Assembly (NCBI GenBank): GCA_965223265.1
Contig: OZ244999.1
Location: 160,001-224,000, forward strand
Direction of reading: 5' to 3'
Length of the DNA stretch: 64,000 nucleotides
Source of the DNA: Planctomycetota bacterium
GTDB lineage: Bacteria; Planctomycetota; UBA8108; SXIK01
Shown here: positions 55,577 to 64,000 of the stretch, piece after piece
Layout of the letters: the number at the start of each line of letters is the position of its first letter
Position numbering within the stretch: the stretch's first letter is position 1
The notes under the pieces: model-generated
The model's database searches: none
Told to the model about the DNA's origin: nothing
Seen by the model: the letters and a program-made list of their open reading frames with translations, nothing else
Program-made: the position numbers and the translations under genes

Positions 55577-57484
55577 ATGGGATCTTGCCGCTCTTCGTTT
55601 CTCTCAGTGGTCTTTGCGTCACTTGTCGCTTCGTTTCTTTGCGGCACCGTACCCCTCGAGGCTCAGTGTGGCGCTCTGGGACGCATTTTTTTCGCGCAAC
55701 CAGAGACCATAGCGCTGTGGGAGTTTGATTCCTTTCCAGGTGTCGAGATCGGCGAGGTCGTCTTTGACGGTACTGTTGTTCAGGACCTATCAGGCAACGG
55801 ACTCGATGCATTCCTCGAGGAGAGCAACCGGAATCACGATCTACGTGTCGACCGAGGCGACCCGGCGTTTTCCGGTTCAGACATCGAGAATCTCGTTCTG
55901 CGACGATTCAAGGGCGATTCGACGAGTCAAAGCCTCGTCGTACGAGACGATGGCGATGCGTTCGAATTCGATGGCTCGGAGAGTTTTACGATCGAAGTCT
56001 ATTTGGAACGCGTGATCCAAGAGCCGATCCTCGATTTCGGAGTTTTGCTTGGCACCTTTCGCACGCGAAATCTTCTCGACGATACACAGGATCTGAGTCT
56101 GTTCAGCGCAGCGTATGGTTACGGTCTATTCTTCTGGACGCAACGTGGATGGTCTTGGTCCTTTTCCGGTGTCGTCGATGGGGAGCCATTTTTGGGTTTC
56201 CCGAACGTGACAGGTGCTGACTCGGAGAGATTCACGAATCCATGGTTCGACATTCCGGAGGGGCATCACTATTTGGTGTTCGTAATGGACCGTGACGCCC
56301 AGCAGGCGCGAGGCTATCTCGACGGTGACCTCATCACAAGCTTCGCGGGCCTCGATCCGAAGTGGGAGTTTGTCACCCCGACGAACTATGACCATGCCGC
56401 TTTTCGCATGTTTTCCGCGCTTGACGATCCGACGCGAAACACGTTCCGAGGATCGCCAGCTGGCTACAATCTGGACGCCGTTCACGTGCTACGCGGCGCC
56501 TTGCCCGAGGACGACATCCGAGAACGGTGGTCTCTGATTTCGGGCGGCAAGACGGTCGGTGAGTCGTCGACGACGACGCGAGCTGTGATCGATCTTTCGG
56601 ACCGAGAGCTTGTCGTCGGGCAGTGCGTCGAGCTGGACGCGAGGGGTTCGTGTGTTGCACCGGGTGCTGAGATCGTCAGTTACGAGTGGAAGACAGGAGA
56701 CGGAGGCTTCGAGGTTGGCGGCGCGACATGCCAAGTCTCTCTCGATGTCGATACGGGGCCGCGGCCCGTATCGGTGACGCTGCGTATCGTTGACTCGGAA
56801 GGTCGCCGAAGCTCGGTCAGCGTACCGTTGCGTACCGAATCGATTCCCGTCGCGGCTATCGCGCAAATGACCGTAGAGTCTCAGCCGGACGAACCAACAT
56901 CTGCGGTCGCCAGAGGCGCGAGCTTGACGCTCGATGGCACACAGTCTCACAGCCTCGTGCCGCCCGGCGTCTTGCAGTGCCCGCTCGAGGAAGGCCTTCC
57001 AGTCGTATCGCCGGAGATCGTCTCCTACTCCTGGGATCTCGGCGATGATGGAGTGGAGGACTCTTCGCAGCCAACCTTCCAAACGGGCTCGCTTGCGAGC
57101 GTTGGGGAACTGCCGATCCGTCTCACCGTGATGAACGCGCTCGGGAGTGAAGCCAGCACGGTGTCGGTTGTGAATGTTCTCCAGACGTTTCTCCGCGCGG
57201 ACGCCAACGACGACGCATCAGCGGATATCTCGGACGCGCTGACGATCCTCAACTACCTTTTCACGGACACGGGCTCGCCCATCTCATGTCTCGAGGCGGC
57301 AGACGCCAATGACGACGGCGAGATCGACATCTCCGATGCTGTGTCCGTCCTCAATTGGCTCTTCTTCGCTGGCGGTGTGGCCCCACCACCCCCGCCCGGG
57401 CCGCCAGGGCTCGGCACCTGCGGAATTGATTCGACCGAGCCGAAACTGGGCTGTGCTGCATTCGACGCTTGCAGCGGTGAATGA
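55577..57484 (+). CDS. Secreted LamG-like + PKD-like + C-terminal dockerin-like protein
   Basis: ALWEFD..DLSGNG, SFTIE, YLDG; SYEW and SYSWDL; FLRADANDD...CLEAADANDDGEIDISD. Confidence 0.82.
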   Translation: MGSCRSSFLSVVFASLVASFLCGTVPLEAQCGALGRIFFAQPETIALWEFDSFPGVEIGEVVFDGTVVQDLSGNGLDAFLEESNRNHDLRVDRGDPAFSGSDIENLVLRRFKGDSTSQSLVVRDDGDAFEFDGSESFTIEVYLERVIQEPILDFGVLLGTFRTRNLLDDTQDLSLFSAAYGYGLFFWTQRGWSWSFSGVVDGEPFLGFPNVTGADSERFTNPWFDIPEGHHYLVFVMDRDAQQARGYLDGDLITSFAGLDPKWEFVTPTNYDHAAFRMFSALDDPTRNTFRGSPAGYNLDAVHVLRGALPEDDIRERWSLISGGKTVGESSTTTRAVIDLSDRELVVGQCVELDARGSCVAPGAEIVSYEWKTGDGGFEVGGATCQVSLDVDTGPRPVSVTLRIVDSEGRRSSVSVPLRTESIPVAAIAQMTVESQPDEPTSAVARGASLTLDGTQSHSLVPPGVLQCPLEEGLPVVSPEIVSYSWDLGDDGVEDSSQPTFQTGSLASVGELPIRLTVMNALGSEASTVSVVNVLQTFLRADANDDASADISDALTILNYLFTDTGSPISCLEAADANDDGEIDISDAVSVLNWLFFAGGVAPPPPPGPPGLGTCGIDSTEPKLGCAAFDACSGE

Positions 57485-57496
57485 ACGGTCCCGGTG

Positions 57497-58258
57497 TTAC
57501 CTGTCGAACAGGATGCGGGCGTACTCGTCGAGCTTGTGATAGTCGGTGGTCGACAGCTGCGGCGTCATCGACAGCTCGGGAGGCGCGTCGCGGGTTTTCG
57601 AGTAGTTGTAGCGCGCCACGAGAACCGTCCACACTGATCCGGGGCCAAACTCAGCTCCGTGCTGCGTCAAGTCCTTGAGCGCAACGGCCATCTCCGCGGT
57701 CCAGCCCCGATCTAGGTCGCTCGGATCGTTGAGTGTGCCGTCGACATGTGCGGCGACTCGAAGACCGAACGCTCTGTCAGTCTGAATTTCAGCGCCGCGT
57801 TTTTCAAACCAGAACGACGTCTTTCGCTGCGCAGGTGTGACGTAGAGCTCCCAGTAGTCGGTGTGCGACTCTGGTTTAAGGAAGAGTTCGCACACATCTC
57901 CTAGCATGTAGTGGTGCTCGTGGTCTTTCGTGCCAGCGGCGAGGATGTTCCGATCCTCCCAGTCGATGCCGACGTAGAGATAGTTTTCGTCCCAGGCGAG
58001 CCGCGCGATTCCTTGCTCGACGAGTGTCGTGCCGTCGACGGCGCGGTCTCTCCCGAGTTGCAGTGGATAGCTCTCGGCGCTTTGCCAGACTCCTTCGTCG
58101 AGGACGCCATCGACGCGGACGGGGCTGGCCGTGAAGAGTGCGCGGACGGTGGGGCGGCCGTCAGTGATTGTCGCCGTGCCTTCTACCGCGGCGCATCCTG
58201 ACAGGTACGTGGTCAGTACCATCACACCGACGAGTTTTGCAGGTTGCGAGAACGTCAT
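57497..58258 (-). CDS. CBM9-like (DOMON-like) lipoprotein
   Basis: Lipobox LSGC; VDGVLDEGVW, WDENYLY, DVCELF, WTAEMAV. Confidence 0.85.
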   Translation of the reverse strand: MTFSQPAKLVGVMVLTTYLSGCAAVEGTATITDGRPTVRALFTASPVRVDGVLDEGVWQSAESYPLQLGRDRAVDGTTLVEQGIARLAWDENYLYVGIDWEDRNILAAGTKDHEHHYMLGDVCELFLKPESHTDYWELYVTPAQRKTSFWFEKRGAEIQTDRAFGLRVAAHVDGTLNDPSDLDRGWTAEMAVALKDLTQHGAEFGPGSVWTVLVARYNYSKTRDAPPELSMTPQLSTTDYHKLDEYARILFDR

Positions 58259-58454
58259 GATTGAATTCGTCGTCACTCGTTGCTTCTCCGGGGAACGTCG
58301 CGTGCGAACTGCGTCGTGTCTTGGATGTTGATCCAGCCGGCACGTGGCGGCACAATCCACCCACTGTCATCCCACACTTGTCAGTGCGCGTCGAGCCGAT
58401 TCGGCCGGATTGTGTGGAGAGGCGAGGCCACAGAGGAGGCGCCGAGAGTTCGTA

Positions 58455-59204
58455 ATGGCGTGGCAGGGCGTTTGGTTTGAACCAGAAGCCGTCGACGGCG
58501 GTGTTCGTGACCCCGAGATGCTGCAGGCGTTTGGCGACGCCGTCGTCTATGCCTACCCGCGTGGATTTATCGAGGCCGAAGAATCGCGCCTGCGCGCGTC
58601 GAAGGATCCCAGTCGGATGCGTCGCGACGGCGAATTGCGCGCGGTGTACTATTCGCTCGGGCATGATGGCGGCGCCACCGGATCCGATGCCCATGGTTGC
58701 CGTATTCTCCGCTGGTTGTTCGAGCGTTTCCGGCCGGACGGCGGTGACTCGATCAGTGCGCGCTTCAGCGAGATACCCGTTGTGATTCATGCCCCTGATC
58801 CGGCCAGCGCGGCCGCGATGGCGAATGCCTTGACGCTTTTGCGATTCCTCGCCGCATCCGAGGATCAGGCGATCGCGCGGATGATGCTCGTGCGATGGGA
58901 TCCGCGTCGCGGCACGCCTCAGCTCGCTGCGAGCGAGTACGAGCAACGTGTCTTCGCGTTCCTCAACGAAACCGATCTCTTCTATCCCGATGACGTTGAT
59001 CTATTCGACGTGCTAGCGCGCCAAGACCTGCGTTCGCAGCGTGCGCTGCGTCCCTGCTGTGACGCGCAGATCGGTTTCATTCTGCCGCTTCTCGAATGGA
59101 TCGACGAGTGCCAGCCGACGACGCCGGTCGAGCGTCGAGACCTCGCTTGCAAGCTGCGGAATTCGCTGGCGGATGAGGCCAACTACGTGGCTCGCGGCGG
59201 TTAG
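58455..59204 (+). CDS. Hypothetical protein
   Basis: 249-aa ORF with normal composition; no motif recognised. Confidence 0.6.
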   Translation: MAWQGVWFEPEAVDGGVRDPEMLQAFGDAVVYAYPRGFIEAEESRLRASKDPSRMRRDGELRAVYYSLGHDGGATGSDAHGCRILRWLFERFRPDGGDSISARFSEIPVVIHAPDPASAAAMANALTLLRFLAASEDQAIARMMLVRWDPRRGTPQLAASEYEQRVFAFLNETDLFYPDDVDLFDVLARQDLRSQRALRPCCDAQIGFILPLLEWIDECQPTTPVERRDLACKLRNSLADEANYVARGG

Positions 59205-59451
59205 CTCCGCACAGGCAACTCGGGTTGCGTGGTGGAGCGATCCGATTCCGAGCAAGTTCCCCCGCCAGTCTAGGTGGTGAAGTCGATCCAGATTTGCTTC
59301 GGCTCCAGCCGCACGGTCACGTTTGGTTCGTGGAAAAGCTCGCTCGACTTGCTGCGTCGGGGTGAGTCGGTCCCTACAGTTGCGTAAATCTCTCGCCGGA
59401 ATCTCAGAAGCCCCAGTCCTACAGCTCGATCGGCGGTCGGGGCGTCGCGGT

Positions 59452-59547
59452 GGACTTCGGACGCAGAGACAGATACAGCAGACGCACAGTGCCGGTGCGC
59501 TCACGCCGACGCCCACGCAATCGCATTCGCAATCGCAATCGCGCACG
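59452..59547 (+). repeat. Hexamer-periodic tract (CnnWCG x8, including CAATCG x3)
   Basis: CTCACG CCGACG CCCACG CAATCG CATTCG CAATCG CAATCG CGCACG at 59500-59547. Confidence 0.65.
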
Positions 59548-59728
59548 GCGCTTGAAGCGCTGCACTCTTGCAACAATGGGGTCGGTATCCGCTTGCCCGG
59601 GGTCGGATCGAGGGATAGAGTCAAAATTTCTGGCTTCAACGACGTGTTTCTGCGATTTCCGCGGATTGCCGAAGCGCCACACCGCCGCGGCGGCTGTCTG
59701 CTCGGTCAGAATTCATGAGGTCTTCGTC

Positions 59729-61177
59729 ATGAGTCGTTGTGTCGCGCTTTTCGTCGTTTTGTGCACCGCTTCGACTGGGATTCGCGCAGCTACCATTGTC
59801 GTGCGTCCCCCCACGACCTCAGGGTCGGACGCCACCTCCGGCTTCACGGACCTTCAGGCTGCAGTTGACGCAGCGCAGGACGGCGACACCGTGTTGTTAG
59901 AGCCAGGGACTTACGTCTTGTCGGAGCCGCTCGATTTCAATTCCGGGGTCTCAGACTCTACGCCGAGCAAGAACATCACGCTTCGTTCGGTAGCAGGCCC
60001 GAAGGCAACTCTGCTGCAGCGAGAAGAGTCTGCACCACTCTACCAGCGTGGTCCCGTCGTCCGGTTCGACAGTGGCGAGACGGAGGCGTCCGTCATAGAA
60101 GGGGTGACGGTGACGCGCGGTGCAGGTATCCATGTGATCGGCTCGTCGCCGAGGTTGATCAATTGCGTTGTGACGAGGAACACCGGCCAAGAAGGCGGCG
60201 GCGTACTCTGCCGGGGCGACGCTGCGCCGCGCTTCGAACGCTGCACTATCTCGGCGAATACCGCCAACTGTGGCGGTGGAATCTTTTCGGAGGGAGAGTC
60301 GCAGCCGCACTTCTCACGCACCGAAATCGTCGGCAACGAGGCGTGCTGCGATGGCGGTGGTGGGGTCACTGCGACGCAGGGGTCCGCACCCGAGTTTGTC
60401 AATTGCGTCATCGCGGCGAACTTTTCCGACGACGGTGGCGCGGCTGCGCTCTGCGTCGAGGCGGCGCCTGTGTTCCTCAACTGTACGATCGCGGACAACC
60501 ACCATGACTCGCAGGTCAGTGGTGGTATCGTTGTGTCGGGTGGCTCCGTGTCGATTACGAACTCGATCCTCGCGCAGAATAGCGGCGCTAACTTGGAGGT
60601 TTACGACGGAGCGTCGGCGAATGTGTCATTCTCTATCGTCGAAGCTGCTGAAGTCCATCCTGGCGAAGGGAACATGCGCTTCGCACCGCGCTTTCTTCGT
60701 GCTGGGTTCTTCGATTTCCGTAGTTTTACGTCCGAGGGACTGCCGAATTTCGTCGCCCGGCCTGCGGACTACCATGTGATTCTCGGAGCGGACGGAGGCA
60801 CTTCGCTCGGTGCCCCTGACGTCGACTTCGACGGCAACGGCCGGCCTTGTGGGCGTGGTGTCGACATTGGTGCGTTCGAAAGCGGAGAGTGCGCCCCCGC
60901 GATCCAGTTTCGGCGTGGTGACGTCAACGACGACGGACGTCTCAGCATTAGCGACCCCATCTTTCTCTGGAGGTTTCTGTTCTCCTTCGGTGACCAGCCC
61001 CCATGTCTGGATGCCGCTGATGCCGACGACGGTGGCTGGCTCGATGTCAACGACGGCATCTTCACCCTCAACTTTATGTTTCGTCGCGGGCCGCCGCCGC
61101 CCGAGCCATTCGCTCGTTGCGGCAAGGAGCTCACCCCTGACGACGTGCCGTGCAGCGGTTTCTCCGCTTGTCTTTAG
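59729..61177 (+). CDS. Secreted parallel beta-helix protein with C-terminal dockerin-like domain
   Basis: LQAAVDAAQDGDTVLLEPGTY, GG(G)I/NC repeats, DIGAFE, FRRGDVNDDG...CLDAADADD. Confidence 0.87.
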   Translation: MSRCVALFVVLCTASTGIRAATIVVRPPTTSGSDATSGFTDLQAAVDAAQDGDTVLLEPGTYVLSEPLDFNSGVSDSTPSKNITLRSVAGPKATLLQREESAPLYQRGPVVRFDSGETEASVIEGVTVTRGAGIHVIGSSPRLINCVVTRNTGQEGGGVLCRGDAAPRFERCTISANTANCGGGIFSEGESQPHFSRTEIVGNEACCDGGGGVTATQGSAPEFVNCVIAANFSDDGGAAALCVEAAPVFLNCTIADNHHDSQVSGGIVVSGGSVSITNSILAQNSGANLEVYDGASANVSFSIVEAAEVHPGEGNMRFAPRFLRAGFFDFRSFTSEGLPNFVARPADYHVILGADGGTSLGAPDVDFDGNGRPCGRGVDIGAFESGECAPAIQFRRGDVNDDGRLSISDPIFLWRFLFSFGDQPPCLDAADADDGGWLDVNDGIFTLNFMFRRGPPPPEPFARCGKELTPDDVPCSGFSACL

Positions 61178-61269
61178 TTTAGAGTGCTTGCTTACCGCGT
61201 ACCCGTGACGCCGATGTAGATGTATACGTACGCCGACTATGCATCACGAGGGCGCGCGGCGGCTTGAGT

Positions 61270-61440
61270 TCATCCGTTCCGGCGTCGATAGCGACGCTGA
61301 AGGGCGGCATAGAGAATGGCGAGTGGAATGCCCGCAAGGAGCCCGGCAGCTACGAAACGCAGCAGCGGCCGTTCCGAAAAACCGAGGATTTCGACGACCA
61401 GGAGAGCGAGCCCCTGAACGCTCCAGGCGGTCCACCACAT
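61270..61440 (-). CDS. Possible small membrane protein (56 aa)
   Basis: Two hydrophobic stretches and a basic tail RRYRRR; no clear RBS. Confidence 0.4.
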   Translation of the reverse strand: MWWTAWSVQGLALLVVEILGFSERPLLRFVAAGLLAGIPLAILYAALQRRYRRRNG

Positions 61441-61585
61441 CCACGCCGGGCCAGGCGGCCGCTCGGTGCGGCAACTTGACGATTCGGACACGATTCTCCT
61501 CCGCAGCTGGCATGCCACACCTTGCCACACGATTCGGCAGCCGGGTATATTGGAGGCCTCTATAGAAGGCAAGGAGTTTCCGCGC

Positions 61586-62908
61586 ATGCTGGACGTCGTT
61601 GGTTCGATTCATGAGTCGAGTGATCTGCGGCGCCGTGACGTCCTGCGGATCGGGGCCTTGGCCGCGGGTGGTGTCACGCTGCCGGGATTCCTGCGCCACC
61701 AAGCGCTGGCGCGCGCGGCAGGACGCGAGGTCAAAGATCTGGCGGTGATTCACGTCTTCCAAGGCGGCGGTCCAAGCCACATCGACATGTATGACCTCAA
61801 GCCGGGAGCGCCTCGAGAGATCCGCGGTAAGTACAGCGAGATCCCGACGCGCGTGCCCGGTCTGCGCATCTCCGAAATGCTGCCGCTGCAGGCGTCGATC
61901 ATGGACAAGGTCGCGCTGGTGAGGTCGGTGACGCACACGAACTCAGCGCATCTGCCGAGCTCGCATCTCGTCCTCACAGGATATGAGACGCCGAACTCAC
62001 CTCCAGACAACATGAACCCGTACCCCGGTGCGGTGATCTCTAAACTGAAAGGCGCGAATGCGTCTGGGGTGCCCGCTTATGTAGCCGTTCACAAGCGCAT
62101 CTCGTACGGCGGGTCGGCGTACCTGGGACCTGCACATGCTGCCTTCGACACCGTGAAAGAGCCGAAGAACGACGACTTTGCCGTGCCGGACCTTCAAAGG
62201 CTGCCTTCGATGTCGGCGGAGCGACTCGCAAGTCGACGTTCGCTGCTGCGGGCGTTCGATCAGATGCGACGCGACATCGATGTGCGCGGCAACATGGATG
62301 CGATTGATGACCATCTGCGTGAAGCGATGAAGCTCGTCACTAGTGATCGAGTGCTGAACGCGTTCGACATTAACCAAGAGGACCCCGCCACTCGGGCTCG
62401 TTATGGTTTCAGTTCTTCGGGGCAGAACTGTCTGCTCGCCCGGCGCCTGGTCGAGGCAGGAGTCACCTTCGTGAGCTGTCGCACCGGGCTGGCGTGGGAT
62501 ACACACGTACGAAACTATCCGCAGCTTGACGAAATGCTGCCGAAGTACGACGCTGCCATCTCGGCTCTGGTTACCGATATCTACGAGCGCGGTCTTGCCG
62601 ATCGGGTGCTCGTCATGGCGTTTGGCGAGTTCGGCCGGACACCGCGCATCAACAAGGACGGCGGTCGCGACCATTGGCCGGGCGCCGCGAGCGTGCTCTT
62701 CTCAGGCGGCGGCCTCAAGGTCGGGCAAGTCATCGGTGCGACGGACTCGACAGCGTCGTTTCCAACGCACGATCCGCATTCACCGCGCGACGTCCTCGCG
62801 ACGCTGTACCATCTCATGGGCATCGACCCGGCGCAGACCTTCCGCGACGGGAACAATCGAGACTTTGCGATCTTGCCCGGCGGTGACCCCATCAAGGAGC
62901 TTCTCTGA
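61586..62908 (+). CDS. DUF1501 domain protein
   Basis: RRRDVL, GGPSHIDMYDLKP, ARRLVEAG, WDTH, GEFGRTP, RDHWP; AAGGAG RBS. Confidence 0.93.
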   Translation: MLDVVGSIHESSDLRRRDVLRIGALAAGGVTLPGFLRHQALARAAGREVKDLAVIHVFQGGGPSHIDMYDLKPGAPREIRGKYSEIPTRVPGLRISEMLPLQASIMDKVALVRSVTHTNSAHLPSSHLVLTGYETPNSPPDNMNPYPGAVISKLKGANASGVPAYVAVHKRISYGGSAYLGPAHAAFDTVKEPKNDDFAVPDLQRLPSMSAERLASRRSLLRAFDQMRRDIDVRGNMDAIDDHLREAMKLVTSDRVLNAFDINQEDPATRARYGFSSSGQNCLLARRLVEAGVTFVSCRTGLAWDTHVRNYPQLDEMLPKYDAAISALVTDIYERGLADRVLVMAFGEFGRTPRINKDGGRDHWPGAASVLFSGGGLKVGQVIGATDSTASFPTHDPHSPRDVLATLYHLMGIDPAQTFRDGNNRDFAILPGGDPIKELL

Positions 62909-63144
62909 GGCTTCGGGCAAGTGAACGATCGGCGCACGCGAAGGCGGCGCATCGATTGAGGATGCCCCTTGCTCCTGGCGTGCATGGAGTGCGCCACGAT
63001 TGTCGTGGCGTTTTCGCTTTTTGACTTGTGGTTATCCGTCGGTGGAGACGCCGTTACGGTGAGACGGACACATGCAGTGGTAAGTAGGAGACGCTCACAC
63101 CCTGAACGATCACTTCGATGGAACTCAAATATAGGAATCGGTCC

Positions 63145-64000
63145 ATGCTTGCGAAGCTGCTCCGTTGCCTTTCGATCCGATGTTCGCGTCAGTCAGTGGC
63201 CTTGTGTTTGTTTGGCGCTTTCGTCCTCGTTGGGAGCGTTGACATCACCGCCGACGAGATCGATGCGCGGCACGCGCAGCTCTTCCTCGACGACGGAGTG
63301 ATCGAAGCGACGACCCTGGTCGAACGCGTCTTGCATCAACCGATTCGCCACGGCCTGAACCCTCTTCTCTCTCCCGAGGAACCGTGGGAGGGACCCACGA
63401 TGAACTACCTCGGCGGCGTCTACCGCGATGAGGCCGCGGGCATCTTTCGCGCCTGGTACGTCGGTGTTGTGAATGGTGGCATTGCGGAACTGCCTAAGGT
63501 GTTCTATCCGATTTGCACGGCGATCAGCGAGGACGGTGTGCGATGGCGTCGGCCGCAGCTGGATCACTACAGTCATCTCACGGGTGGACCGAACAACATC
63601 GTTTTGCATCTCGACAGAGGATGCATCGCTGCACCGAGTATCATTCACGACCCACGCGACGAGGAGCGCCCATGGAAGCTCATCATCCATCACTCTCCTG
63701 GGAACCCGTGTCATTACTACGTTCGTCTTGCAGCTTCATCGGATGGGATTCACTGGGAGTGGGTCACGACAGCTAAGGATCAGATTTACGGCAAGCTTCA
63801 CGATCGCTTGACCGCCATGCTGCATCCGACGGATCGCGAGTTTCCGTACGTTCTCTTCGGGCGGCCGTCGCTGTCGCGCGACTATCCGCTCCTCTACCCC
63901 GGGCGCATTCGCATCCGCGAGGCGTTCCAGACGCGCCTCAGTCGTGACGGCCGTCGTCTCGCCCACGACCCGGTTGTTGCCATTCGCCCGGACGTCGAGG
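63145..64000 (+). CDS. Secreted beta-propeller glycosyl-hydrolase-like protein, 3'-partial (absent from ORF track)
   Basis: Hand translation: signal peptide, QLFLDD, NPLL..EEPWE, FRAWY, SEDGVRWRRP, SSDGIHW; similar architecture to 43585-45273. Confidence 0.8.
   Translation, partial: MLAKLLRCLSIRCSRQSVALCLFGAFVLVGSVDITADEIDARHAQLFLDDGVIEATTLVERVLHQPIRHGLNPLLSPEEPWEGPTMNYLGGVYRDEAAGIFRAWYVGVVNGGIAELPKVFYPICTAISEDGVRWRRPQLDHYSHLTGGPNNIVLHLDRGCIAAPSIIHDPRDEERPWKLIIHHSPGNPCHYYVRLAASSDGIHWEWVTTAKDQIYGKLHDRLTAMLHPTDREFPYVLFGRPSLSRDYPLLYPGRIRIREAFQTRLSRDGRRLAHDPVVAIRPDVE

Noticed and set aside
51342-62908. Two DUF1501 genes as a novel system
   Set aside because: Highly expanded family in Planctomycetota; dispersed copies are ordinary.

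Overview
GC-rich bacterial DNA, most likely from a Planctomycetota member (inferred from two DUF1501 genes, a PVC-type CxxCH protein, a sulfatase and three Cys-containing dockerin-like proteins). Bases 1 to ~25.7 kb look like an accessory island. It holds a Clp-like AAA+ ATPase, a tyrosine-recombinase remnant, a HExxH protein, hairpin-rich non-coding DNA, an ABM/XRE pair and a GT4-GH130-GH130-GT4-GH5 cluster. It also holds a cold/membrane block: RRM protein, DEAD-box helicase, three fatty-acid desaturases, a PAQR protein, a degenerate hemerythrin, an orphan PTS enzyme I and a trypsin-like protease. A perfect 16-bp palindrome, TGAAACACGTGTTTCA, occurs three times and brackets this cargo. From ~25.8 kb onward the genes are typical planctomycete secreted and catabolic enzymes, with one exception. 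That exception is an RbfA-paralog + RtcB operon preceded by an unannotated 28-aa leader ORF and RNA segments able to sequester the ribosome-binding site. It is my best candidate for an undescribed translation-sensing ribosome/RNA-repair system. No rRNA, tRNA or true CRISPR array was seen. All calls come from reading motifs by eye; no searches were run.
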